64,000 nt of DNA from Candidatus Thalassarchaeum betae (GTDB lineage: Archaea > Thermoplasmatota > Poseidoniia > Poseidoniales > Thalassarchaeaceae). The notes below the pieces were generated by a model. It did not search any database and was not told where the DNA came from. It was given only the letters and a program-made list of their open reading frames with translations. Position 1 is the first letter of the stretch; each line of letters starts with the position of its first letter. Made by a program: the position numbers and the translations under genes. Positions 56,278 through 64,000 of the stretch are shown here, piece by piece. The stretch covers positions 2,065 through 66,064 of the forward strand of contig JAKUUP010000005.1 of assembly GCA_022447095.1 (NCBI GenBank). Direction: 5' to 3'.

Positions 56278-57924
56278 TCATGCAAGGCCCGCGTAGTCAG
56301 CGTCGGCTTCCTCGATGTGGACTTCGTCAACGTCCATCTGCGCCAGTTGCAACTTGCCGGAGAGCTCGTCGTTGACGGCGTGCCAGTACGAGTATGCCTC
56401 GATAACCCAGATGCCCGACTCACGAGTGCCGTTGCCGCTGCCCTTGACACCACCGAACGGCAGGTGAGCCTCAGCCCCAGTGGTGGAGTTGTTGATACCG
56501 GTCATCCCGGCCTTGATACCGGTCTTGAATCGGTATGCCTCAAGCCTGTCATTGGTGTAGCAGGCGCTGGATAGACCGTAGGGAGAGGCGTTGGCGAGGT
56601 GGAGCGCGTGGTCGAAATCCTTCGCCTTCACAACAGTCACCGCGGGCCCGAAAATCTCCTCGTGGAAGCACTCCATGTCTTCAGTCACATCGGCATATAC
56701 GTGAGGCCACATGTAGACTCCCTCGGAGGCGTCCCCGACGAAGTTAATCGGCTTGTTTTCGTTCGTAATTATCCCCTCACCCCAAAGTTTGGTCGCACCA
56801 CTGGATTCGCACATCCCGAGATCGCTCAGGAAGTCCTTGGCGTACTTCTCCGACAGCATGGGTCCGTACAGGATATCGTCGTGGCGCATCGAGTCGCCGA
56901 CGCTGGTTGACTCCACTTTAGCCATGAACTTCGACATGAATTCGTCGTAGATCTCTTCGTGGATGATGAGATTGCCTAAGGAAGTGCAGCGCTGACCCGC
57001 TGTGCCGAAGCCAGCCCAGTAGGCTCCCTCCACTGCGTTGTCAAGGTTGGCTGATGGCATCACGACGAGAGGATTCTTGCCGCCGAGTTCTAGTGAGCAG
57101 GAGACTAGGTTACGACCGCAGATCTCGCCGATCATCTTGCCCACTGCGGTCGAGCCAGTGAAACTAATCTTGTTGACCATGCCCTCGTCGACAGCATCGA
57201 CAAGGCTCTGACCGGCACCTCTGCCCTTTCCGTGAACTAGGTTGATGACTCCATCAGGCAGACCCGCCTCATGCATTATGCGCGTGAGCATGAAGGATAG
57301 CAGAGGCGCGTCCTGCGGCGACTTCCAGACGCAGGTGTTGCCGCACATGATGGCGGGAATCATCTTCCAGAACGGCACTGCGGCTGGGAAGTTACAGGCG
57401 TTGATGATGCCGCAGACCCCCAAGGGTCGGCGGTAGGTGAAAAGCTCCTTGTCCGGCAATTCGGAGTTGACCGTTTGACCGTACAGTCGGCGACCCTCGG
57501 ATTGGAAGAATAGGCAGGTGTCGATGGCCTCTTGGACCGACCCCGCGCTCTCCATGAGTGTCTTACCGATTTCGCGAGTCTCGACTCGAACGATGTCATC
57601 TTTGTATTCCATCAGTAGGCGCCCCATGTTTCCTATGATCTGACCGCGTGTGGGAGCGGGCGTTGAAGCCCAGCCAGGGAAGGCCGCCTTTGCTGCACTC
57701 AAGGCATCGTGAACATCCTCTTTTTCGGAGAGCGGAAACTCGCCGAGGCAGTCGTCCAGCCAAGCCGGGTTGTGACTCTCGAACGTGCCTCCGTCCTTGG
57801 CCAGAGTCAACTGCCCGTTGACGATGTTGTAACCACGAACCTTTGGACTCCCGTTTGGATTGGCGTTCTCCATAACTTCGAATCCAGTCTCAAGCACATG
57901 GGTCATGTCTCCCGCGAATCGCAC
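56278..57924 (-). CDS. NAD(P)-dependent aldehyde dehydrogenase
   Basis: ELGGKNP (catalytic Glu), GQRCTS (catalytic Cys), FTGST.VG. Confidence 0.9.
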   Translation of the reverse strand: MRFAGDMTHVLETGFEVMENANPNGSPKVRGYNIVNGQLTLAKDGGTFESHNPAWLDDCLGEFPLSEKEDVHDALSAAKAAFPGWASTPAPTRGQIIGNMGRLLMEYKDDIVRVETREIGKTLMESAGSVQEAIDTCLFFQSEGRRLYGQTVNSELPDKELFTYRRPLGVCGIINACNFPAAVPFWKMIPAIMCGNTCVWKSPQDAPLLSFMLTRIMHEAGLPDGVINLVHGKGRGAGQSLVDAVDEGMVNKISFTGSTAVGKMIGEICGRNLVSCSLELGGKNPLVVMPSANLDNAVEGAYWAGFGTAGQRCTSLGNLIIHEEIYDEFMSKFMAKVESTSVGDSMRHDDILYGPMLSEKYAKDFLSDLGMCESSGATKLWGEGIITNENKPINFVGDASEGVYMWPHVYADVTEDMECFHEEIFGPAVTVVKAKDFDHALHLANASPYGLSSACYTNDRLEAYRFKTGIKAGMTGINNSTTGAEAHLPFGGVKGSGNGTRESGIWVIEAYSYWHAVNDELSGKLQLAQMDVDEVHIEEADADYAGLA

Positions 57925-58050
57925 TTACGCCATGAATCCTACTCCTCGGGTCCCATTGTTCCGATAACCGTTTGAGCCAAAGGGACAACTCTTTGTTGGT
58001 AGGTTTAACTAGCCTCATGAACGAAGGGTATCTGCTAGGAGCGTGCCGTT

Positions 58051-60276
58051 GTGTCAGAAGACTCGTCAGAATCCTTGACTCTCAGGGTGGCGAAGGCCAT
58101 ACCAAGCGATGTAGGACACGGCCGAGCGCGTGTTCCTTTCGACAACGAACTCAATCTCAAACCCGGCGACATAGTCGAGATCGCGGGCGAACAAAGCACC
58201 GCCGCCATCGTCTGGCGCTGCCGACCCGAGGACGCAAACCTAGGAGTTATCAGAATTGACGGAATAATCAGAAAAAACGCAGGCGTGAGCCTCGGTGACC
58301 GCGTCACCATCACCAAGGTAGAGACCCAACCGTGCGAGCGTTTGGTGCTCAGCCCTGTGATGGCGAAGCAGCAGAAGGTCCGCTTCGGACCAGGCATCGA
58401 GGGCTTCGCCCGACGCGGCCTCAACAAGCGACCGGTGGTCGCCGGCGACCGCATTTTCATCCCAGGCATGACTCTGTTTGCCGAGGCCCTCCCGTTCGCA
58501 ATCGTCTCGACCAATCCGAAAGGCATCGTACAGGTACTCCCGGACACTGAGATAATCATCAAGGAGGATGCCGTAGATGAGGAAGAAACCGGACAGATCC
58601 AGACCATCTCCTACGAGGACATCGGTGGCATCGGAGAGCAACTGCAGAAGGTTCGTGAGATGATTGAACTCCCGTTGAAGCACCCCATCCTCTTCAGGCG
58701 TCTCGGAATCGACCCTCCGAGGGGTGTACTGCTCCATGGCCCACCCGGGACCGGTAAGACCCTAATCGCCAAGGCAGTCGCCTCAGAGACGAAAGCCCAT
58801 TTCACTTCAATCAACGGTCCGGAGATTATCTCGAAGTATTACGGGGAGAGCGAGAAGCAACTCCGCGAAATTTTCGACGAGGCCGCTGCCAACGCCCCAG
58901 CGATCATCTTCATTGACGAACTCGACAGTATCGCGCCCAAGCGAGAGGACGTCACCGGGGAGGTCGAGCGTCGGGTCGTAGCCCAACTCCTGACTCTCCT
59001 CGATGGTATGGAGGGGCGCGACAACGTCGTTGTGATCGGCGCAACCAACCGCCGTGACGCCATCGACCCGGCTCTGCGCCGACCCGGCCGCTTTGACCGT
59101 GAGTTGGAGATCGGCGTTCCCGACAAGAACGGCCGCGAAGAGATCATCAATATCCACACCCGTGGAATGCCGATTAGCGACGACTTCGACATCGATTGGC
59201 TGCTCGATAACTCGTACGGCTTTGTCGGCGCCGACATCTCGGCCCTTGTCCGCGAGTCGGCGATGAAGGCGCTGCGCCGATACCTCCCTGAGATTGACCT
59301 CGACGAGGAGCAGATTCCTCCCGAGGTTCTCGAGAAGATGGAGGTCACCATGTCTGACTTCCGTCAGGCCATCAAGGAGATAGAGCCGAGCGCTCTGCGC
59401 GAGATATATCTCGAGGTCCCTGAGGTCTCTTGGGACGAGGTCGGTGGTTTGGAAGAGGTCAAGGAGAGGCTCAAGGAAAGCATCGAGTGGCCTCTGACCA
59501 AGCCCGAATTGTTCGAGCATTTTGGAATCAGCCCTCCGAGGGGAATCATCCTGTTCGGAGCCCCCGGGACTGGCAAGACCCTGATTGCCAAGGCGATAGC
59601 CAACGAGGCCAAGGCCAATTTCATCACCATCAAAGGGCCGGAATTAATCTCTAAGTGGGTAGGTGAATCGGAGAAGGCCGTCCGCGAGGTTTTCAAGAAG
59701 GCCAAGCAGTCCAGCCCCTCCATCGTCTTCCTCGACGAGTTCGAGAGCATTGCAGGCATGCGGCGATCCTCTTCAGGTGATGGCTCCGACGTCATGAACC
59801 GCGTCGTGAACCAACTACTGAGCAGCATGGACGGCGTCGAGAGCATGGAAGGCGTCATAGTGGTCGCCGCGACAAACCGTCCAGAGATGATCGACCCCGC
59901 ACTCCTGCGGAGCGGCAGGTTCGAGCGCGTCCTACACATCCCACCGCCCGACGCTGCCGCGATGGAAGAGATCCTCAAGATTCACACCGCGGACATGCCG
60001 CTTGGCAGGTTCAAGCTCAACAGCCTTGCTTCAAGTCTGCAGAATTACACCGGCGCCGACATTGAGGCTATTTGTCGCGAGGCCGCTTTGATAGCGATGA
60101 GGGCTGAGCGAAAGACAGTCTCGAAGAAGCACTTTGAGCAGGCAATCGGGCGAGTACGCCCAACCGTTACCGATGAGATGATGCAGTACTACGGTCGCAT
60201 GGAAGCGATGCTCACCAGTGGCCTCGAGTCGGTCCGCCGGCGTCCTGATGGCCTCTCGGGTATCGAATCTGTATGA
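58051..60276 (+). CDS. cdc48: Cdc48/VCP-like AAA+ ATPase (N-domain plus D1 and D2)
   Basis: Two Walker A motifs ([30 protein letters not shown]), two Walker B motifs ([16 protein letters not shown]), second-region-of-homology arginine fingers, and an N-terminal double-psi barrel. Confidence 0.92.
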   Translation: MSEDSSESLTLRVAKAIPSDVGHGRARVPFDNELNLKPGDIVEIAGEQSTAAIVWRCRPEDANLGVIRIDGIIRKNAGVSLGDRVTITKVETQPCERLVLSPVMAKQQKVRFGPGIEGFARRGLNKRPVVAGDRIFIPGMTLFAEALPFAIVSTNPKGIVQVLPDTEIIIKEDAVDEEETGQIQTISYEDIGGIGEQLQKVREMIELPLKHPILFRRLGIDPPRGVLLHGPPGTGKTLIAKAVASETKAHFTSINGPEIISKYYGESEKQLREIFDEAAANAPAIIFIDELDSIAPKREDVTGEVERRVVAQLLTLLDGMEGRDNVVVIGATNRRDAIDPALRRPGRFDRELEIGVPDKNGREEIINIHTRGMPISDDFDIDWLLDNSYGFVGADISALVRESAMKALRRYLPEIDLDEEQIPPEVLEKMEVTMSDFRQAIKEIEPSALREIYLEVPEVSWDEVGGLEEVKERLKESIEWPLTKPELFEHFGISPPRGIILFGAPGTGKTLIAKAIANEAKANFITIKGPELISKWVGESEKAVREVFKKAKQSSPSIVFLDEFESIAGMRRSSSGDGSDVMNRVVNQLLSSMDGVESMEGVIVVAATNRPEMIDPALLRSGRFERVLHIPPPDAAAMEEILKIHTADMPLGRFKLNSLASSLQNYTGADIEAICREAALIAMRAERKTVSKKHFEQAIGRVRPTVTDEMMQYYGRMEAMLTSGLESVRRRPDGLSGIESV

Positions 60277-60285
60277 GGTAGAAGA

Positions 60286-60528
60286 ATGCCTACGACCTTC
60301 GGCCGGGAGATCCTAGGCAGAGAAGTCGTTGACGAATCCGGCGACAAACTGGGCCACATGGCAGACTTCAGGCTCGACACCGACACCGGTAGTATCGTGG
60401 CTTTGCTGGTCTCGATCAAGTCCGACATAGATCCCACTATGCTGCCTTGGCCCACCGTTGACGGGCTTCTCTCGGTCCCCGTTGAGGAAGTCGCCGGGGT
60501 CGGTGCGACGGTTCAACTAGCACGTTGA
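60286..60528 (+). CDS. PRC-barrel domain protein
   Basis: ILGREVVDESGDKLGHMADFRLDTDTGSIVALLV; paralogous to 809..1093. Confidence 0.65.
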   Translation: MPTTFGREILGREVVDESGDKLGHMADFRLDTDTGSIVALLVSIKSDIDPTMLPWPTVDGLLSVPVEEVAGVGATVQLAR

Positions 60529-60577
60529 CTAGTGATGCACGGTCCGTTCATCGCCACATAATGGTCTTAAGACGAAG

Positions 60578-62281
60578 TTGAGGCTCGTAGCCCGTTCCTA
60601 CGGAACGGAGGCTCCCAGCATGGCGGATTGGCGCGTTTTGTCAAAGCAATTGACGACGCACCGTGCTCGCCGCGGAGCTCTCATTTTCGCTTTCTGGGCG
60701 CTTCTGCTGATTCTGGTCTCGTCAGTGCTCCAGACCTACATCATCGACGGGCAGACCCACCAGTCGGCCTATGGCGATGACTGGAATGATCTGGGGGCAT
60801 TCAGGGCGGACATCAACAGCATGGGGATCGAGACCACGGCTCTGGTATCGAGCCCTCTACTGCTGAGCGAGATTGACCACCCAGAGGAGGCAATTTTCAT
60901 CGTCTCGGGGGTCGAGCGTGACACCATTTCACTTCCTCGCTTCACTGGAGATGAGAATGTCATCGAGTTCTCCGAGGGCGAGGGATACACCACATCCGAG
61001 ATACTGGCAATCGAGGCCTTCGTCGAGAGCGGCGGGACTGTCCTGCTGATGGACGACTTCGGCTACTCGAGCAACCTCGCTGATCAGTTCGGCCTTGACT
61101 ACTCGGGCCACAGATTGTACGACGAAGGCTCGTATGCTGTGGAACTCGGGGCTGATTACGTGTGGATCAACACCGGATCTGCATTCAACTTCACTACAAA
61201 CTCTGGATCTCTAGCTTCGATCCACCCCTGCCTGAAGGACCTCGACAACGACGGGGTCATTGACATCCTCGACCCGGAGCCCCTAGATCCTTCTATCTCC
61301 TCTTTTGTAACTGAGTCCGACGCAGGACTGTGCGCACACCGCTATTCATCCACCGGAGAGTGGGACTTCACGGAGGGCTACCGCCTCCTGACCAACGCAC
61401 CCTCCGCCTTCGAGAAGGCAACATCGTACAACCCCGTCGAGAACCGCTATGCGATTGGCAAGTCCTCCCTCGACTCGTACCTCGATACCAACGACGACGG
61501 CAACCTTACCGTCGGCTTTGAGTCATTGGGAATCGAAGGTGACGAGCAGGGCCCCTTCGCAGTCTACGTTCGATACTGTCAGGACAGGCTGTGCATCGAT
61601 GCCGATTCGGGCAGAGTGCATTTCGTAGCCGACGGCTCGCTGCTGATCAACGCACTATACGACCCGACCTCGGTCGGGCAGTTCGCAGCCGGTGGAGGTT
61701 CGACCGCTTCGATCTCCATGCCGGAAACTGACAACCGCAAGTGGGCTCTGGATATCATCGCGGAGGCCCTTCTAGTGAGCCCCAACTCGACCGAGGCCAG
61801 CTCTAACGCCATAGTCATCTTCGACGAGAGCCGCCACCAGCAACCGACGCTGTTCGGAGATACCTACAACCTGCTGTACTATCTCCTGATTTACTTCACC
61901 AACGACTGGATGGCGATGCTACTGCTCTTCCTCACACTGTTCATCGTTCTCGAAGCCGTCCTCATCCGCAAGGAGGACCCTGAGGACTGGCGCCACGTGT
62001 TCCGAATCATCTACTACGGATTCGGCGATGCCAGACGCTACGAGTACTACCAGCGCCCCGAGAAGATACGACAGGTCCTGCTGTCTCGAATAAGGAACCT
62101 GAACACGTTATCCCGTGAGGAATTCGACGCGCTGCCGGCTGTGGAGTTGCAGCGAATGGTCGATGACCCGGTCCTCGTAAACTTCATCTTCGAAGACAGG
62201 AGATACAAGCCGGACGAGCTGGTCGGCGTCATCAAACGGATCAAGGAATGGGGTCGCACCGATTCGGGAGTGGAGGCGTAG
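60578..62281 (+). CDS. DUF4350-like membrane protein (GATase-like ectodomain between two TMs), first gene of a MoxR-associated module
   Basis: N-terminal TM, AIFIVSGVE........ILAIEAFVESGGTVLLMDDFG, a second TM near the C-terminus, and a cytoplasmic tail. Confidence 0.45.
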   Translation: MRLVARSYGTEAPSMADWRVLSKQLTTHRARRGALIFAFWALLLILVSSVLQTYIIDGQTHQSAYGDDWNDLGAFRADINSMGIETTALVSSPLLLSEIDHPEEAIFIVSGVERDTISLPRFTGDENVIEFSEGEGYTTSEILAIEAFVESGGTVLLMDDFGYSSNLADQFGLDYSGHRLYDEGSYAVELGADYVWINTGSAFNFTTNSGSLASIHPCLKDLDNDGVIDILDPEPLDPSISSFVTESDAGLCAHRYSSTGEWDFTEGYRLLTNAPSAFEKATSYNPVENRYAIGKSSLDSYLDTNDDGNLTVGFESLGIEGDEQGPFAVYVRYCQDRLCIDADSGRVHFVADGSLLINALYDPTSVGQFAAGGGSTASISMPETDNRKWALDIIAEALLVSPNSTEASSNAIVIFDESRHQQPTLFGDTYNLLYYLLIYFTNDWMAMLLLFLTLFIVLEAVLIRKEDPEDWRHVFRIIYYGFGDARRYEYYQRPEKIRQVLLSRIRNLNTLSREEFDALPAVELQRMVDDPVLVNFIFEDRRYKPDELVGVIKRIKEWGRTDSGVEA

Positions 62282-62283
62282 TC

Positions 62284-63552
62284 ATGTGGACGCGCAAGGC
62301 GGCCCTGATGCTGACCAGCGGAATCAGCCTGATTTTGGTCGGAATGATGATTTCGAACTTCCAACTGATGATAGCCGGTCTGACATTCATCTCGTTCCTA
62401 GCCATCAACGGTTGGGTTTCAGGCCATTCCGATCTGGAGATCACGCGAACCATCAACGGCACGGAGACCACGATGGCCAACGTCTACAAGGGGGACGACG
62501 TGATAGTCGAACTCACCATTTCCAACAACTCGTACCGCAGGACCCAGCAACTGGAGGTCTTCGACAACGTCCCGCACGAGATGAAGATGAGACAAGGCAT
62601 CAACCAGATGCGCATGAACCTCGGACCGGGACAGTCCACGCGGATCAAGTACAGGGTTAGATGCCCGCTCCGTGGACACTACACCTTAGGTCCCGTTTCA
62701 GTGCGATACCGCAACGCGTTCAACCTCTTTGCGAACGAGTCCAAAGTGCAGGACAGGACCGACATCACCGTGTTTCCCCAGGTCAGGGAGATCGAGGAGG
62801 CCCTGCTACGCTCTGACGTTCCCAAGATGTACACCGGGGCAACCACCCTCAAGACCCCCGGGCCGGGGATGGAATTCTACTCCCTCCGCGAGTATCTGCC
62901 CGGAGATGCCTTCCGCTCGATCAACTGGAAGGCGTTCGCCAGAACCGGCGAGCTGATGGTCAACGAGAAGACGAGGGACGCCGTAACGGACGTCTTCATC
63001 ATTCTCGATACCAGAGATGTCTCCAGGATCGGGACCGTCCTCAAGAACCCGCTGGAGATGGGAACGATAGCCGCTGCGTCGGTATCAAACTACTTCATCC
63101 GCAGACGTGACTCGGTCGCTCTGGTCACCTACGGTGACAAGATGGACTACCTGCCGCCGGAGACCGGTGACAAGCAGGGCTACAAGGTCCTGAGCAATTT
63201 GGCTGCGGTCCGAGCAAAAGGCTCCATGCCTCTGCAGGCCGTCACCAACGCGATGTCGTCGAGGATGAGTCGCGGCTCCCCAGTCTTCATCATCAGCAGC
63301 CTTGAGGGGGACGGCACGACGCTGCCCGCTATCCGCAACCTCGCAGGCAGGGGGCACGAAGTCATCGTGCTGTCTCCGAGCAGCATAGACCTCGAGAGGC
63401 TGATCAGCAGGATCCCACGCATGTCCTACGAGGTCCTCAAACTGGAGAGGCAGAACCGACTGACGGCAATCTCCGGCTACGGCGCCAAGGTGATCGACTG
63501 GATGCCCGATGTAGAGCTCTCTCAGGCTCTGTTGCAAGTGAGAACAGTCTAG
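62284..63552 (+). CDS. DUF58 (vWA-like) protein
   Basis: Two N-terminal TMs; YSLREYLPGDAFRSINWKAFARTGELMVNEK (the DUF58 signature) and DVFIILDT. Confidence 0.75.
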   Translation: MWTRKAALMLTSGISLILVGMMISNFQLMIAGLTFISFLAINGWVSGHSDLEITRTINGTETTMANVYKGDDVIVELTISNNSYRRTQQLEVFDNVPHEMKMRQGINQMRMNLGPGQSTRIKYRVRCPLRGHYTLGPVSVRYRNAFNLFANESKVQDRTDITVFPQVREIEEALLRSDVPKMYTGATTLKTPGPGMEFYSLREYLPGDAFRSINWKAFARTGELMVNEKTRDAVTDVFIILDTRDVSRIGTVLKNPLEMGTIAAASVSNYFIRRRDSVALVTYGDKMDYLPPETGDKQGYKVLSNLAAVRAKGSMPLQAVTNAMSSRMSRGSPVFIISSLEGDGTTLPAIRNLAGRGHEVIVLSPSSIDLERLISRIPRMSYEVLKLERQNRLTAISGYGAKVIDWMPDVELSQALLQVRTV

Positions 63553-63573
63553 GGGATGAGGTGATGGCAATGG

Positions 63574-64000
63574 AAGCGGTACCGGACTCGCAGACCCTGC
63601 ATATTCCGAAACTGCGTCGGCGCTGGCAGGTACTCTTACTCCAGATTATCTCGACGGCCTCCCTCCTCATGGTGATGAAGCGTATGAGCGTCGTCTTCGG
63701 CTCCTGCACCGAGCAGTTCATTGAGGACTCAGGAGGGATCGAATCCACTTACTGGTGCCCCGCATACGAGCACACCAGAGGCCTGAACTACTGGCAGAGC
63801 TCGGGCTCAATTGAACTGATCCTGCCGGATTTCCTGCATGGACTCACCGATATGTCTGGAGAGCCGCTCACAGGGGATGCCACCTTCGTGGCTCCTCTGG
63901 CGCTGTGCATCGCCGTCACAGTGGCCTGGGTCTTCCTGCTTCATCAGAGCGAGAAGATCCAGACCTTGGTCAACAGGGCGGTCTCCATCGGCTTCGTCGC
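63574..64000 (+). CDS. Membrane protein, 3'-truncated by the window end
   Basis: Open frame to the last base; a TM (VLLLQIISTASLLMVM) and Cys/Trp-rich segment. Confidence 0.3.

Overview
The window is a gene-dense (roughly 90% coding), GC-rich stretch of archaeal chromosome. The archaeal assignment rests on ribosomal protein L15e, an intron-containing tRNA-Tyr with a C1:G72 pair, aIF-1A, Rio1, a KH/Dim2-like protein, chromatin protein MC1, Hjc, an archaeal-type Cdc48, and an 11-subunit nuo operon with a split nuoJ. Many starts are preceded by GGAGG-like Shine-Dalgarno motifs, and most proteins are strongly acidic. A Thermoplasmatota / Marine Group II-like or other euryarchaeal lineage is plausible but not provable from this window. 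Read left to right, the window contains the following. (1) tRNA-Tyr(GUA) with a 27-nt intron, then rpl15e, a PRC-barrel gene and RNase Z. (2) A ~15-kb co-directional block of four giant secreted, acidic, membrane-anchored surface proteins plus a small membrane protein; it includes an S8 subtilase and a CARDB-repeat protein, and two of the giants end in cytoplasmic Cys-rich zinc-ribbon tails. (3) A complete nuoABCDHIJ1J2KLMN respiratory complex I operon without nuoEFG, with large lineage-specific insertions in NuoI and NuoH. (4) aIF1A, rio1 and a KH-domain (Dim2-like) gene. (5) An acyl-CoA carboxylase cluster (beta subunit, enoyl-CoA hydratase, biotin carboxylase, separate BCCP) in which the beta-subunit gene carries one in-frame TAG. 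(6) serS, an archaeal presenilin/SPP homologue, folC, dCMP deaminase, an Lhr-type helicase, a PLC-like lipoprotein, signal peptidase I and a site-2 protease. (7) Hjc, a macro-domain protein, a stand-alone RAM domain, MC1, an sdhCAB operon with a diheme cytochrome b, aldehyde dehydrogenase, Cdc48, a second PRC-barrel gene and a DUF4350-DUF58 module. No rRNA, CRISPR array, transposase or integrase was seen. All family assignments come from motif recognition in the translated ORFs; no database search could be run.
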